64,000 nucleotides of DNA. It comes from a virus. The notes beneath the pieces were generated by a model. The model was not told the DNA's origin, ran no database searches, and saw only the letters and a program-made list of their open reading frames with translations. This document shows, in pieces, positions 29,401 to 39,362 of this stretch. A program made the position numbers and the translations under genes. Position 1 is the stretch's first letter, and each line of letters starts with the position of its first letter. Location: the IMG/VR virus record IMGVR_UViG_3300031687_000001, positions 32,001 to 96,000 of that record. One strand, 5' to 3'.

Positions 29401-32067
29401 GTTTGCAAGTTCTGCTGCGCGAGATGTTACTGCTTCTGCTGCTACTGCGTCAGTTAGAACAAGTTCTGCTGCACGTGCTGTAGTTGCTTCTGCTGCTACT
29501 GCGTCAGTTAGAACACCTTCTGCTGCACGTGCTGTAGTTGCTTCAGTTGAGATCGCTGTTACGTTAGATGCGATATCTGATGCGTTAGTTGCGATATCTG
29601 AATCATTTGCTGCGATATCTGATGCGTTAGTTGCTACTGCTGTTGTAAGAACACCTTCTGCTGCTATTGCACGAGTTTCTTCGTCTGATACTGCTGTTGC
29701 GTTTACACCTTCTGCTGTTGTTGCACGTGTAACTTCTGCTGCTACTGCGTCAGTTAGAACACCTTCTGCTGTTACTGCACGAGTTTCTTCATCTGAGATT
29801 GCAGTTGCGTTTGCAGATTCTGCTGCTCTTGCGATGCCTGCTTCGGTGATGATTGCTGATGCGTTAATTGCGATATTGCCAACGTTAGTTGAGATTGCAG
29901 TGTCATGTGCGTTGTCTTTATCTGTTGCACGAGATACTTCGTTTGAAATAGATGTTGCATTTGCAAGTTCTGCTGCACGGGCTGCTGATGCTTCTGCTGC
30001 TAAACCATTAGTTAGAACAAGTTCTGCTGCTGTTGCACGTGTAACTTCTGCTGCTAAGTTAGTAGTTAAAGTTAAATCTGCCGCTGCGCGATCGGTTGCT
30101 TCTTGTGAAATATCTGATGCGTTAGTTACGATATCAGATTGTGCAGTTTCCATGTCGCCTTCAAGTGCTGTTGCACGCAAAGATAATGCGTCATCTGCTG
30201 CGTCTGATGTAACTGCACGAGCTACGTCTTTTGCTTCTGCTGATGCAATTGCATCTGCTTCTGCTGCGTCTGCTTTAGTTGTTGCATCTGTACTTGCTGT
30301 TGCAATTGCACCTGCTTCTGCTGCGTCTGCTTTAGTAGTCGCGTCTGCTGATGCTGTTGCTGCACGTACTACGTCTTTTGCTTCTGCTGCTAATAGTGCT
30401 GCGTCTGCCTTAGATGTTGCGTCTGCTGATGCTGTTGCAACTGATGCTGAATCACCTGCGATACGGTTAGCAACTTCTGTTGAATCTGCTGTCTGCAATG
30501 CTGCGATTTCGCCGCCTGTAGTTGCAATTTCTTCATTCAATGCTGTTGTGATCAAACCTTCAGAAATACCTACTTCTGTACGGATCAATGCACGATCAGT
30601 TGCTGCTGCGTTGATTGCTGCTGTGTGAGCAGAATCAGCTGTTTCAAATGCTGAAACAATCTCAGTCAATGAATCAAGTGCTGCTGCGTCTGTGTTGCTG
30701 ATAATGTTAGCAATTGCTGATGCGTTAGATGCAATATCTGCTTCTGCATCTGTTACACGAACTTCTACTGCATTTGTGTCAGTGTGTAGTTCGTTGATAC
30801 CGCCTGCAAATGTTTGCGCGATTGTATCTAGTGGATCAGTACCGTTGCCTTCTTCTAGTAATGTTAGACGTGATTCTGCATCGTCCATTTCAGTTTCTAG
30901 GGTAGTTGCACGACCATCTAGTGCTGTGTCAGCTGCGTCTGATGTAACTGCACGAGCTACGTCTTTTGCTTCTGCTGATGCAATTGCATCTGCTTCTGCT
31001 GTGTCTGCTTTTGAAGTTGCGTCTGCTGCTGCTGTTGCAATTGCGTCTGCTTCTGCTGTATCTGCATAACCCTGTAGTGCTGTAGTTTGTAGTGCGTCTG
31101 CTGCTGCAAATTCTGAACGTACTGCTGTGTCTGCGTTTGCACGAGCTGTCATTTCGTCAGAAATAGAGTCTGCGTTTGCAAGTTCTGCTGCACGGGCTGT
31201 AGATGCTTCAGTTGAGATCGCTGTTGTTAGAGTAGTAACATCAGCGTTTGTTGCTGAGATTTCTGCTGCCAAACCTGAAGTCAATGTAACAATATCACCT
31301 TCGTTTGCTGTTACACGTGCGTCAAGATCGTTGTCGCCCGCGATGCGTGCTGCTGTCTCAGTTGATACTGCTGATGTAAGAACACCTTCAGCTGCTTGTG
31401 CGCGAGAAATTTCTGCTGCTATATCATCAGCGTTAACACCTTCTGCTGCTGTTGCACGTACCACTTCATTTGAGATAGCAGTTGCGTTAGCCGTGATAGA
31501 TGCTGACAATGCACTATCTGATGACTGAAATTCTGCAACAATTTCTGCTAATGAATCCAATGCTGCTGGATCAACGTTAGCGAGGATGTTTGTTATTTGT
31601 GTTTGCAATGCCAAATCAGCTGATTGATAAGCTGTTTCGATTGCATTCTCACGTGTTGTTGCACGAGTTGCTTCTGCTGAAATATCGCCTGCGAGTACGA
31701 TTTCTGCTGCTAATGCGCGTTCTGCTTCTGCTGAAATATCGCCTGCGTTTGCAAGTTCTGCTGCACGAGCGATCTGTGCTTCTGCTGCTACTGCATTTGA
31801 AATATCAGTTGCTACTGCTGCCTGTGCACGGGCGTCAGTAAAGTACTTGTTAGTACCTTCTGCTAAATCATTAGTTGAATATGAACCGATAAGGTCTGCT
31901 GCTGTTACTTTGCGCAATGATGCGTCCGACGCGCTGTGTAATAAGAAGGTGTCTAGCGATGCTACCGACTCAGAACCAGTTTGACCTGATACTGATGATG
32001 CTGCTAATTTGCCTACTACTACTGCTGCGTTCGCTAATGCGGGTGCTTTAATCTGTCTAAAAGCCAT
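26482..32067 (-). CDS. Very long coiled-coil fibre/structural protein, 1861 aa
   Basis: Many AEATTARAAELANA repeats, repeated ALDSLTEIV modules, LYFTDARA motifs, late promoter TATAAATA at 32142-49. Confidence 0.8.
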   Translation of the reverse strand: MAFRQIKAPALANAAVVVGKLAASSVSGQTGSESVASLDTFLLHSASDASLRKVTAADLIGSYSTNDLAEGTNKYFTDARAQAAVATDISNAVAAEAQIARAAELANAGDISAEAERALAAEIVLAGDISAEATRATTRENAIETAYQSADLALQTQITNILANVDPAALDSLAEIVAEFQSSDSALSASITANATAISNEVVRATAAEGVNADDIAAEISRAQAAEGVLTSAVSTETAARIAGDNDLDARVTANEGDIVTLTSGLAAEISATNADVTTLTTAISTEASTARAAELANADSISDEMTARANADTAVRSEFAAADALQTTALQGYADTAEADAIATAAADATSKADTAEADAIASAEAKDVARAVTSDAADTALDGRATTLETEMDDAESRLTLLEEGNGTDPLDTIAQTFAGGINELHTDTNAVEVRVTDAEADIASNASAIANIISNTDAAALDSLTEIVSAFETADSAHTAAINAAATDRALIRTEVGISEGLITTALNEEIATTGGEIAALQTADSTEVANRIAGDSASVATASADATSKADAALLAAEAKDVVRAATASADATTKADAAEAGAIATASTDATTKADAAEADAIASAEAKDVARAVTSDAADDALSLRATALEGDMETAQSDIVTNASDISQEATDRAAADLTLTTNLAAEVTRATAAELVLTNGLAAEASAARAAELANATSISNEVSRATDKDNAHDTAISTNVGNIAINASAIITEAGIARAAESANATAISDEETRAVTAEGVLTDAVAAEVTRATTAEGVNATAVSDEETRAIAAEGVLTTAVATNASDIAANDSDIATNASDIASNVTAISTEATTARAAEGVLTDAVAAEATTARAAELVLTDAVAAEAVTSRAAELANATAISDEETRATGIESGLRTDVDANLASINSIISNTDPDALDSLTEIVTAFQDADSDINGAITALAATASTDRAAIRTEFASADGVLTTNLATEVSRAVAAEGVLTSAVAAEAVTSRAAELANANAISAEATTARAAELANATAISTEASTARAAESANATAISTEESRAVAAEGVLTTAVASNATAISTEASTARAAESANATAISDEETRAIAAEGVLTTAVASNASAIAANVTDIAANVTDIATNETAIAAEAVTARAAELANVNAISAEATTARAAELVLTDAVAAEAVTSRAAEGVNAAAAATNATAISDEEIRATLDATTKANEAQVAAIASAEAKDVARAVTSDAADVAEAATRLANDNTLQDNINAEAVTSRAAELANANAISAEATTARAAELANAAVSAANLVEMTSTQSGAGLATDGTYVAPTTSNFHDTATSLADADMKIDAAVKAEEVARIAADSTLTSNLAAEATTARAAELANAGNITAEATRAANAELVNANAISGVADDLVTEAATRLADDTTLQGNIDSLTATVNNVISNTDAAALDSLTEIVSAFQDADTDLTTLVTGNATAISDEEVRALAAEGALSSALSTEVDDRIAGDSAATTDRGAIRSEFATADTTLQSNIDTKLALSGGTMTGNVAMSGGLVTGLGTATLPGDAVSKAVLDAAISAQDMSLYTTDDLTEGSSLYFTDARARAALSVVDTAGNGLAAYDSATGVITIDTNESVLDLTDVSDVDYTGKAEYVLAVKQDLSGMELVDPLTIFVSNGRQTIAGDGVATTYALTIDASQAQAMVFVGGVIQDPSTHYTIDDSASTITFVSAIPTDTQVVVVSPQAGLDPVLIDGQVTSEKLAGNIKAFTQGIDVSAGTSGNVVDTFDGTAHRSAKYVIQVSDSVSGEYETREALVIHDGTSAYITEFAMVYTGASLIGDASVAMNGTNVELTYTTDSVTASVKVISTYIDV

Positions 32068-32203
32068 GAATTATTCTCCAATCAATATATATATTAATTG
32101 ACCGCTATTGTGGTCAATTCGTTACTGTTTAATAACAGTAGTATTTATACGTGTGTGTATCTCATTAAATATAATGATTACGTTTTGATTGAAAAAAAGT
32201 TAT

Positions 32204-33247
32204 TTATACTGGCAAATACCGAATATCAACGATAGCACTACTAGTAGGTGCTGTATTTAATGTCAATATAGTATTCAAGATTGAATATTCTTGGGGTGGT
32301 AGGATCGCACCATTAACTATAACAATTACACTATGTACATTATGTCCATGATTTATATCAAAAATTATTTGATCATCATCTCCTACATACTGATCACTAG
32401 TGTATTCTAAATTGAGGTGTCTGTTTTCAATACTATCATTTAAATTATCAGTGACAGCGGCAAATGGGTATCTATATTTTACATAGATTTCTGCACCATT
32501 AGGGGGCATTTCAGTAAAGTTTATAGTAGCACCTGTTAGTGAAAATACTTCGCCTGGGCGCTGTAATACATCATATACATATACATCAATTGCTTCTGCA
32601 CTTGCTGGTGTATGCAATAATGTCCATGAATCTTGTGAACCAGATGCAACAAATATTTCTGCGGCTGGGATAGTTCCTGAAACCGCGCCAGAACCTGATG
32701 CTGGACTATACGCACTTAGTCCTTTATTACCGACATATCTTGCGCCTATTACATATACAACTGTTCCGTCAACCATTGATGCTGGCAATGAATCTCCAAC
32801 AAAATGTAATACACCAGATACATAATCAAAGAACCATTCATCATTATTGGTTCCATCTGGATATAGCCGAGTGCCCGTAGTCGAAGGATCGGTTTGATTT
32901 GGAGTATCAACATAAACTTTTAATTGATATGTAGAACCAAATTCAACTGGTATCCAATCAGTCTGATCAGTTTTCCATGTCCTATTTGGGGTCGACGTAT
33001 TATCCATAACACATTCAAGTGTATTAGAAAGATAGTCACTATATACTTGTATTAATTCAGAACTTGCTTGAGGCTTTACTGATGGTATTAAATGCGAATC
33101 TGTCCATATAGTGTCTCCGCGTAGCAACAACGGACTAGAAATTGATTCATTACTGGCAGATTTACTTGTTGTAGAATCTGTCTTCGCTATGCCATAGCCA
33201 ACTTTCTTCCACAAGAAATCAATTTTATTTATATCAGAAATAGCCAT
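32204..33247 (-). CDS. Virion structural protein, 347 aa
   Basis: KIDFLWKKVGYG, EWFFDYVSGVLHF, beta-rich C-terminal repeats; late operon. Confidence 0.6.
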   Translation of the reverse strand: MAISDINKIDFLWKKVGYGIAKTDSTTSKSASNESISSPLLLRGDTIWTDSHLIPSVKPQASSELIQVYSDYLSNTLECVMDNTSTPNRTWKTDQTDWIPVEFGSTYQLKVYVDTPNQTDPSTTGTRLYPDGTNNDEWFFDYVSGVLHFVGDSLPASMVDGTVVYVIGARYVGNKGLSAYSPASGSGAVSGTIPAAEIFVASGSQDSWTLLHTPASAEAIDVYVYDVLQRPGEVFSLTGATINFTEMPPNGAEIYVKYRYPFAAVTDNLNDSIENRHLNLEYTSDQYVGDDDQIIFDINHGHNVHSVIVIVNGAILPPQEYSILNTILTLNTAPTSSAIVDIRYLPV

Positions 33248-33250
33248 TCG

Positions 33251-34996
33251 TTATGTTGCCTTCTTAAATGTTAGGCTATTGATAGAATCACCTTGTTGCA
33301 ATTTAAAACGAACCAAAATCAAATTGTTAGTTGCATTCGAACTTGATTCTGTACCGAATGTTAGATTAATTGTTTCGTTATTCACATTGCTTCCCGTAGT
33401 TATTACGCCTGCTAATCCACAGCCGTTTGTACCATTGCCATTTGCTGATGTATTTTCTCCAGGGATACCAATACCTTCATATGGCAATCTGACATCTAGC
33501 CAACCATTTAATGTTGAAGTGTTATCTATACTAGTTCCTGGGATCTTGACCCAACAACCTGATATTCTTCCACTCCATTGTATCGCGAATTTAGATACTG
33601 CTGTGCGATTAAATCCAAATTCAATATACTGTGCTGATGCTCTTCCGTCACTTAAATCAGGACCTGCTGGCAAATAACCATTAGAATAATCAGTCATGTC
33701 ATGCGTTAAAACGCCACCTACTATCGTAGCATCACTTATATCTAGCGTACTTGATTGACTGTTAAATTGCAAAAACGATGTATCAACTGGTGTATCGGTG
33801 TCTACTGTTTCGTAACGTACTGCGCTACCACTTCCGTATCCAACGACATTAACTGATATGTTATTTTCGTGTATAACAGATACCGATGATGACGACATAT
33901 ATAATACATTTTCAGCAATAGGAAAATCAACACGTGTGGTTGAATAACTATTATCAACTATCAGTGCAGGACCTTCATTTGTAGTCGAAATTCCCGTTGC
34001 ATTTTTTATGGTTGTGATGGTGGTTATATTAGTAGTTGTGCCATTGGTTAAATAATTTCTCGGTAGAGGTGTGGTAATATTCGCATCGTTATATGTGATA
34101 TTATTCAATGCATTTACTGCTGCTGCATTGTTGGCACCTGCTGATAATATGAATGTATCAGTCGCCGGATAAAAATCACCACTTAAATTTGCTGCATCAA
34201 ATGTAATATCAAATTGCTGTGTACTTGAATAATGTGGGATTGTTGAACTATATAATACACCAGTTGTCGCAATACTAGGCGTTATGGTAGCATTTGTAAT
34301 TGCAGGCGATGGTGTATTACTTTGATCACTATACCATACAGATGTATTTGTAGAAGATTCAGTAGAATCTGCCAATGCATGACGAATACGAATGTTATTC
34401 CAACCTTCTGGTGCTTCTTCGCCTATTATATTGACATTATATACATCATGAAATCCTAGCGGATTGCCCGTGATTGTGCCATAATCTACATTGTTTGATA
34501 TAATCAATGAACCAACTATGCCATTATTGTTGCTATCATCTAGAGTGGATTCTGATACAATAGATTCATTGTGTAATAGTTGCACATTTCCAGAATTTCC
34601 TGGACCCACTGTAGAAAGTGTATTTGTTGAAAAATCATTTGAGCGTAAAACATTATTAACCATCTGTCCCGCAGATGCAGATAACCCAGTTGCTGTATTA
34701 TCAGACTGTGTGAAATCTGTAATTCTATATGTTTGTCCATTTAAAATAGATAATGTTGAAAGATTTATATTGTCTGGACTTTGAGGAGATAATTGCGTTA
34801 ATACGCCTTGTATATTATTCAACTGGTCTGTTAAGAATCTCTTTGTCACTGCATCTTGTAGATCAACTGGATCAAGTAGATCTGTGATACGATTATTTGA
34901 TACATTTATGTTGCTAGTGGCATCAACTGTATCTAACACAAGATCATTTTCTGTTGCTGTTATTTTATTGCGTGTATGATTTGTATTGATGCTCAT
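33251..34996 (-). CDS. Virion structural protein, 581 aa
   Basis: S/T/N-rich, DPVDLQDAVTK fibre-type motif; late operon. Confidence 0.55.
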   Translation of the reverse strand: MSINTNHTRNKITATENDLVLDTVDATSNINVSNNRITDLLDPVDLQDAVTKRFLTDQLNNIQGVLTQLSPQSPDNINLSTLSILNGQTYRITDFTQSDNTATGLSASAGQMVNNVLRSNDFSTNTLSTVGPGNSGNVQLLHNESIVSESTLDDSNNNGIVGSLIISNNVDYGTITGNPLGFHDVYNVNIIGEEAPEGWNNIRIRHALADSTESSTNTSVWYSDQSNTPSPAITNATITPSIATTGVLYSSTIPHYSSTQQFDITFDAANLSGDFYPATDTFILSAGANNAAAVNALNNITYNDANITTPLPRNYLTNGTTTNITTITTIKNATGISTTNEGPALIVDNSYSTTRVDFPIAENVLYMSSSSVSVIHENNISVNVVGYGSGSAVRYETVDTDTPVDTSFLQFNSQSSTLDISDATIVGGVLTHDMTDYSNGYLPAGPDLSDGRASAQYIEFGFNRTAVSKFAIQWSGRISGCWVKIPGTSIDNTSTLNGWLDVRLPYEGIGIPGENTSANGNGTNGCGLAGVITTGSNVNNETINLTFGTESSSNATNNLILVRFKLQQGDSINSLTFKKAT

Positions 34997-35026
34997 GTTT
35001 CATCCTTATCAATATCTCTATATGAG

Positions 35027-35072
35027 TTTTTGTATTTTGTATTTTGTATTTTTTATTTTTTATTTTGTATTA
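35027..35072. repeat. 7-bp microsatellite (TTTTGTA/TTTTTTA)
   Basis: About six tandem units in the intergenic gap. Confidence 0.75.
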
Positions 35073-35076
35073 TTAT

Positions 35077-35613
35077 TTATACAATTATATTTGCACCATT
35101 TTTAGACGTAACAATCCAACCAACAACAGTATATACTAGTGTAACAGATTCGCCTATATTTGTCAAGTTAAATGATGTATATCCAACTGGAGTAGTCGGT
35201 GTTATAACAATAGTTCCAGTTGGAGTACCTGTTACTGCAATAACTTTTAATTGACCTTCTGTTCCATCACCAAGCGACAATGCTAAACTGGTTGTTTGAT
35301 TAAGATATGATACACCAGTATTGGCATTAATTGTTGCCACAGCAACCGAAGGACTTACATCAATTACAACACCTGATCCTGAATTACCTAACGTAACAAT
35401 ATCACCATCTGCAACTATACTACCATTTACATATAAGTGTCCACCTATGTACCCACCACCTGCTACATTTAAGGCACCATCGCCAAATACTGGTGCTGCT
35501 AAATTAACATCTGCTGTACTTGTTAAAGTAAGATCTGTACCGATTACACTAAGGGTATCTATCGTACCTAATATGCGTAGTGAACCATTATCTGGATTTA
35601 TTACTGATGACAT
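35077..35613 (-). CDS. Small structural protein, 178 aa
   Basis: GALNVAGGGYIGG motif; late boxes at 35646-35668. Confidence 0.6.
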   Translation of the reverse strand: MSSVINPDNGSLRILGTIDTLSVIGTDLTLTSTADVNLAAPVFGDGALNVAGGGYIGGHLYVNGSIVADGDIVTLGNSGSGVVIDVSPSVAVATINANTGVSYLNQTTSLALSLGDGTEGQLKVIAVTGTPTGTIVITPTTPVGYTSFNLTNIGESVTLVYTVVGWIVTSKNGANIIV

Positions 35614-35678
35614 TATATTCTCCGTTTATGCATTATATACATACTTATTTATGCTTTTAAGTATTTATCAAATTAGAC

Positions 35679-35707
35679 TTGACAAGTAAGATATGTTACT
35701 GTAAACT
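35679..35707 (+). promoter_or_regulatory. Sigma70-type promoter
   Basis: TTGACA-N17-TAAACT. Confidence 0.7.
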
Positions 35708-35725
35708 AGTAAAGTAAGTTAATTA

Positions 35726-36412
35726 TTGAGACAATATATGAACATCAATCCAGATTCTAATCTTATTGCAGATATTGAAGAAATTATAGATCAATCTAAT
35801 ATAGAGTATTCAATGTTTCTTGAAGATAATAACGATGTAGATGACATAGAAGAATTAGTAGATATTCTAAATTATAATAATATAGATGAGTTGTCTATTG
35901 ATTTTATTGTCAATCATGCACCTCGTGCTGATAAGAATGAATGGATTTCTGCAATGGCAGATTGGTCAACTACCGATGGAAAAATAATCACTGTAATATT
36001 ACACTCAAAAAATCTTGAGAATATGTGGGGACCCGTTTCTTTTAAAGAAATTTTAATGAAAATGCTTGCACATGAGACAATTCATTTCAACCAGTATGAT
36101 AAGATCAATCCATCAATAATTGAGACTCTTCAATCTGGACATCAAAAAGGAATGAAATTAAAAGAGAATGGTGGTACTGAACGTGATTGGATGCGTAGTT
36201 ACTTGCGTGATCCTCATGAGCAAATGGCTTACGGACATGATCTATCTGTTGAAATTAGATACTCAAGTGATCCAATGAATGCATTACGTAATCCAGAAAT
36301 GTTCATTGATGAACTACCAGTGTACGCTCGTTATCGTGCCATCTTCCCAAAGGAAGCAAAGCAAGTTAAACAGTTACTTAAATATACTGCGAGTTATTAT
36401 GAAATACACTAA
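35726..36412 (+). CDS. HExxH zinc metallopeptidase-like protein
   Basis: LAHETIH plus downstream YLRDPHEQMAY; probable start ATG 35738. Confidence 0.6.
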   Translation: MRQYMNINPDSNLIADIEEIIDQSNIEYSMFLEDNNDVDDIEELVDILNYNNIDELSIDFIVNHAPRADKNEWISAMADWSTTDGKIITVILHSKNLENMWGPVSFKEILMKMLAHETIHFNQYDKINPSIIETLQSGHQKGMKLKENGGTERDWMRSYLRDPHEQMAYGHDLSVEIRYSSDPMNALRNPEMFIDELPVYARYRAIFPKEAKQVKQLLKYTASYYEIH

Positions 36413-36692
36413 GCCTAATATTATCGTAAAAATAGACAAACGATTCAAATTATCCAAATATGGATATATATGCTATATTAGAATTAAAGATTACGCCACT
36501 GTGGAGATATTGAAGGAGCAATATAAATTACTATACATCATCACCAATGCTGAAATGAATACATTGTACGAAAAATCAGCATATGGATATCATATCACAC
36601 AGCGTGACATGCTTTATGCATACGATGACTATGGATATTTCATCGTCTTCAAAAACGAAGAAGATGCATTTATGATGAAAATAGGATTGTAA
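36399..36692 (+). CDS. Hypothetical protein, paralogue A (97 aa)
   Basis: Start reassigned to ATG 36399 (MKYTKP) by alignment with the next gene. Confidence 0.75.
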   Translation: MKYTKPNIIVKIDKRFKLSKYGYICYIRIKDYATVEILKEQYKLLYIITNAEMNTLYEKSAYGYHITQRDMLYAYDDYGYFIVFKNEEDAFMMKIGL

Positions 36693-36693
36693 T

Positions 36694-37014
36694 ATGAGAT
36701 ACACTAAGCCACATGTAGTTACAAAAATAGACAAGCGATTCAAATTATCAAAATACGGATATACCTATTTTATTAGAATTAATGATGTTAACGAAATTGA
36801 ACAACTAAGATGGAAACATGGATTAAGATATATCATAGTAGATAGATATATTGGCGGAACTATGACAGGTGCCGAAATGGATGTATTATACGGAGAAAAT
36901 TCGGACAATAAGATAATCGTCAATGATGATATGCTGTACGCCCACGATGGGCATGGTTACATGGTCCTCTTCAAAAACAAAGAAGATGCATTTATGATAC
37001 GAATGGGGCTTTAA
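36694..37014 (+). CDS. Hypothetical protein, paralogue B (106 aa)
   Basis: Shares KIDKRFKLSKYGY and FKNxEDAFM...GL with the previous ORF. Confidence 0.75.
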   Translation: MRYTKPHVVTKIDKRFKLSKYGYTYFIRINDVNEIEQLRWKHGLRYIIVDRYIGGTMTGAEMDVLYGENSDNKIIVNDDMLYAHDGHGYMVLFKNKEDAFMIRMGL

Positions 37015-37024
37015 TAATCGCCCA

Positions 37025-37053
37025 CAAAAAAACAGCCCTAAGGCTGTTTTTTA
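37025..37053. terminator. Bidirectional intrinsic terminator after gp23
   Basis: AAAAAAACAGCC-CTAA-GGCTGTTTTTT between convergent genes. Confidence 0.85.
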
Positions 37054-37074
37054 TTTCTAATTTAAAATTAGGTT

Positions 37075-38238
37075 TTACTGGAAAGACAATGCGCCAGAGT
37101 TAACGCCGATCTTAGCCAAGTAGTCTGCTGCATTACCAAGAGATGAAGCCTGGTTATTCAACTCAACATAACCGTAACGAGTCATGAATGACACAGTAGG
37201 TTCGAATGTTGATGGATCTAGTACAGTACCAGAAGACATTAGTGGAATATATGGGCAGTAGAATGCTGCTGCGTCCATTTCGCCGTCACCCTTATATCCT
37301 ACTAGGATTGGAGTAGCGTCAGAAGCGTACTGATCAACAAATACTTTCATAGTGTTGTTCAACATACCAACAAACTTAGTGTTAGTAGGTGCTTCAAAAG
37401 GACCTTCAGTTGTGCGTGCAAACGCAGAAGTAGTAGCAGATTGTAGTACAGTCAACATAGTTGGTGAAACTACAACGTAGTTACCAGCGCCACGACGAGT
37501 ACGTGCTGCGATCAAGTTTGCTGCGCGGTTAATCAAAACTGCTAATGCTGCGTGTTGATCACCTACGAATGTTGCTACGCCAGAAACGTTGCCTTGGTCA
37601 TATGTGTCAGTTGCAGTACCAGCAAGAGCGCGTAAAGAAGTAAGAACTTCTTGGTCGATTTCTGCTGTGATTTCTTGTGCAAGTGCTTGCATGATTTCAG
37701 CTTCAACGTCAAGACCGTGCATTGAGTTAGCATCTTGTGCTGCTTCAAAAGTCCAACGTGCTGACAACTTACGTGTCTTCGCTTCAACAGTCTGCTTCAA
37801 TACTTGGATTGAAAGCTTACGACCTGCTGTTGCTTCAAGAGCAGAAGTTGCTGATGGTCCGCCAGTAGTAGCATCACCAGAATAGCCTTTAGCGATAGCG
37901 AATGGAGACAATGCTTCGTCGCCTGCTGATACGCCTGCTGCGCCTTCAGAATAACGCACACGCAATGTGTGAATTTGTCCAACAGGACCAGTCATTGGCT
38001 GAACACCAACTAATTCGTTAGCGATTACGGTAGGCATTACACGACGAATAACAGGTAAAATTACCTTATTCATAGTAGCGATGTTGCCTGCCATTGTAGA
38101 ACCAGTTGCTGCTGATTCTGTTAAATAGTTCTTAGTGTTTTCAAGCACAGATTCCATTACAGATTTCTTGTTGCCTGTTAAACCGTCAGTTAGAGCGTCT
38201 TTAGTTACGTTCCAGTTTTCAAATAAATTTTGTGACAT
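37075..38238 (-). CDS. gp23: Major capsid protein gp23
   Basis: VGVQPMTGPVGQI, TRKLSARWT, EITAEID, FYCPYIPL, TRYG. Confidence 0.95.
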   Translation of the reverse strand: MSQNLFENWNVTKDALTDGLTGNKKSVMESVLENTKNYLTESAATGSTMAGNIATMNKVILPVIRRVMPTVIANELVGVQPMTGPVGQIHTLRVRYSEGAAGVSAGDEALSPFAIAKGYSGDATTGGPSATSALEATAGRKLSIQVLKQTVEAKTRKLSARWTFEAAQDANSMHGLDVEAEIMQALAQEITAEIDQEVLTSLRALAGTATDTYDQGNVSGVATFVGDQHAALAVLINRAANLIAARTRRGAGNYVVVSPTMLTVLQSATTSAFARTTEGPFEAPTNTKFVGMLNNTMKVFVDQYASDATPILVGYKGDGEMDAAAFYCPYIPLMSSGTVLDPSTFEPTVSFMTRYGYVELNNQASSLGNAADYLAKIGVNSGALSFQ

Positions 38239-38255
38239 TTTAGGTATACTCCTTT

Positions 38256-39362
38256 TTAGCTTATACCAGCTAATTTTTTAAGGTTAATGATATCTGCATT
38301 ACTTTCAGTACTTTGATCGTGTGTGCTAGTTTTATCACCTGTGACCTCGCTAGTGCGAGACTCATTAAGTTTTTGCGTAGTGCGTTTAGTCGTTGAAACA
38401 GTTTCATTCAAAACCGTACCAATGTACTTGTCATATGCTACAGTAAGTTTGCTAGTAGCAACACTTTCAAGTAGATTCGACATTAACTCACGCTTGTCCT
38501 TCGACAAGGGCTTTAATAAATCAGCCATTACAGAATTACGTTCAGCGCGTTCATTAACTCGCTTTAGTTTTTTGTTGGTTGATTCAATTAATGTTTCTTT
38601 TTCAGAAATAGTAGATGCTGATTCTGCCAAAGCAGTTTTCATATCTAATAATTCAAGGCTCAATTTTGAAACCTGTGTGCCTTCTGCTAAATGTGAACTC
38701 ATAAATTCAGTTGCAAAAGTTTCAAAAATCTTGCGTCCAAACATGTTTTCTTTAGCTAACATGATATCTTCTTTAAGAGTGCTTAACTCGCCAGTCACTG
38801 TTGATTCAACAATGCTCGCTAATTTTGCGCTTGCTTTAGAGATGAATTCACGCTTCGTCTCGGCAATCATTTTCTTGCCTTCTTTTACCAATTTAACTTT
38901 CTCTGTTAACAGGTCTTGTTTGTCTTGGTGGAAATCGTTAAGTTCAGTAGTTAGTTGCTCCATTACAAAGTCTTCTAACTTTTCAAAGTTTCCTTCTTGA
39001 AGTTTACGATCATCGCGCAATTCTGTAATTTCTTTCTTTAAAGTTTCCATTACAAAAGTGTCCAGCATCTTAGCATGTTCTGCAACTTGGCTTGCATAAG
39101 CCACCTTTGCTTCTACTGCTGCTTTTTTGTCTGCTGCGAATTCGCGCAATTCCGTTGTAATTGTATCTGACATCATTGCGTCTAGTGCTTCCACCATTTG
39201 CTGCTTGTCAGTTTCATAACGTGTTGCGAACTCTTCACGAAGTTCATTAGTCAATTCTTCACGTGCTTCAGTTAACTTGGTTTCCCAAGCTTCTGTTAGT
39301 GTAGAACGAACTTCTTCTGAAAGAACTTCTGAACTTAGGAGTTGTTCAATTGCATTTGCCAT
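38256..39362 (-). CDS. gp22: Prohead core scaffold protein gp22-like
   Basis: Glu-rich coiled coil between the protease and capsid genes; LKKLAGI end. Confidence 0.85.
   Translation of the reverse strand: MANAIEQLLSSEVLSEEVRSTLTEAWETKLTEAREELTNELREEFATRYETDKQQMVEALDAMMSDTITTELREFAADKKAAVEAKVAYASQVAEHAKMLDTFVMETLKKEITELRDDRKLQEGNFEKLEDFVMEQLTTELNDFHQDKQDLLTEKVKLVKEGKKMIAETKREFISKASAKLASIVESTVTGELSTLKEDIMLAKENMFGRKIFETFATEFMSSHLAEGTQVSKLSLELLDMKTALAESASTISEKETLIESTNKKLKRVNERAERNSVMADLLKPLSKDKRELMSNLLESVATSKLTVAYDKYIGTVLNETVSTTKRTTQKLNESRTSEVTGDKTSTHDQSTESNADIINLKKLAGIS

Noticed and set aside
12465-31841. Many antisense and alternate-frame ORFs (Gln/Met-rich or Ala/Ser/Val-rich) inside the fibre genes, including the 467-aa ORF 29225..30628
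   Set aside because: They are shadows of GCA/GCT-rich repeats in the real genes and lack RBS or promoter support
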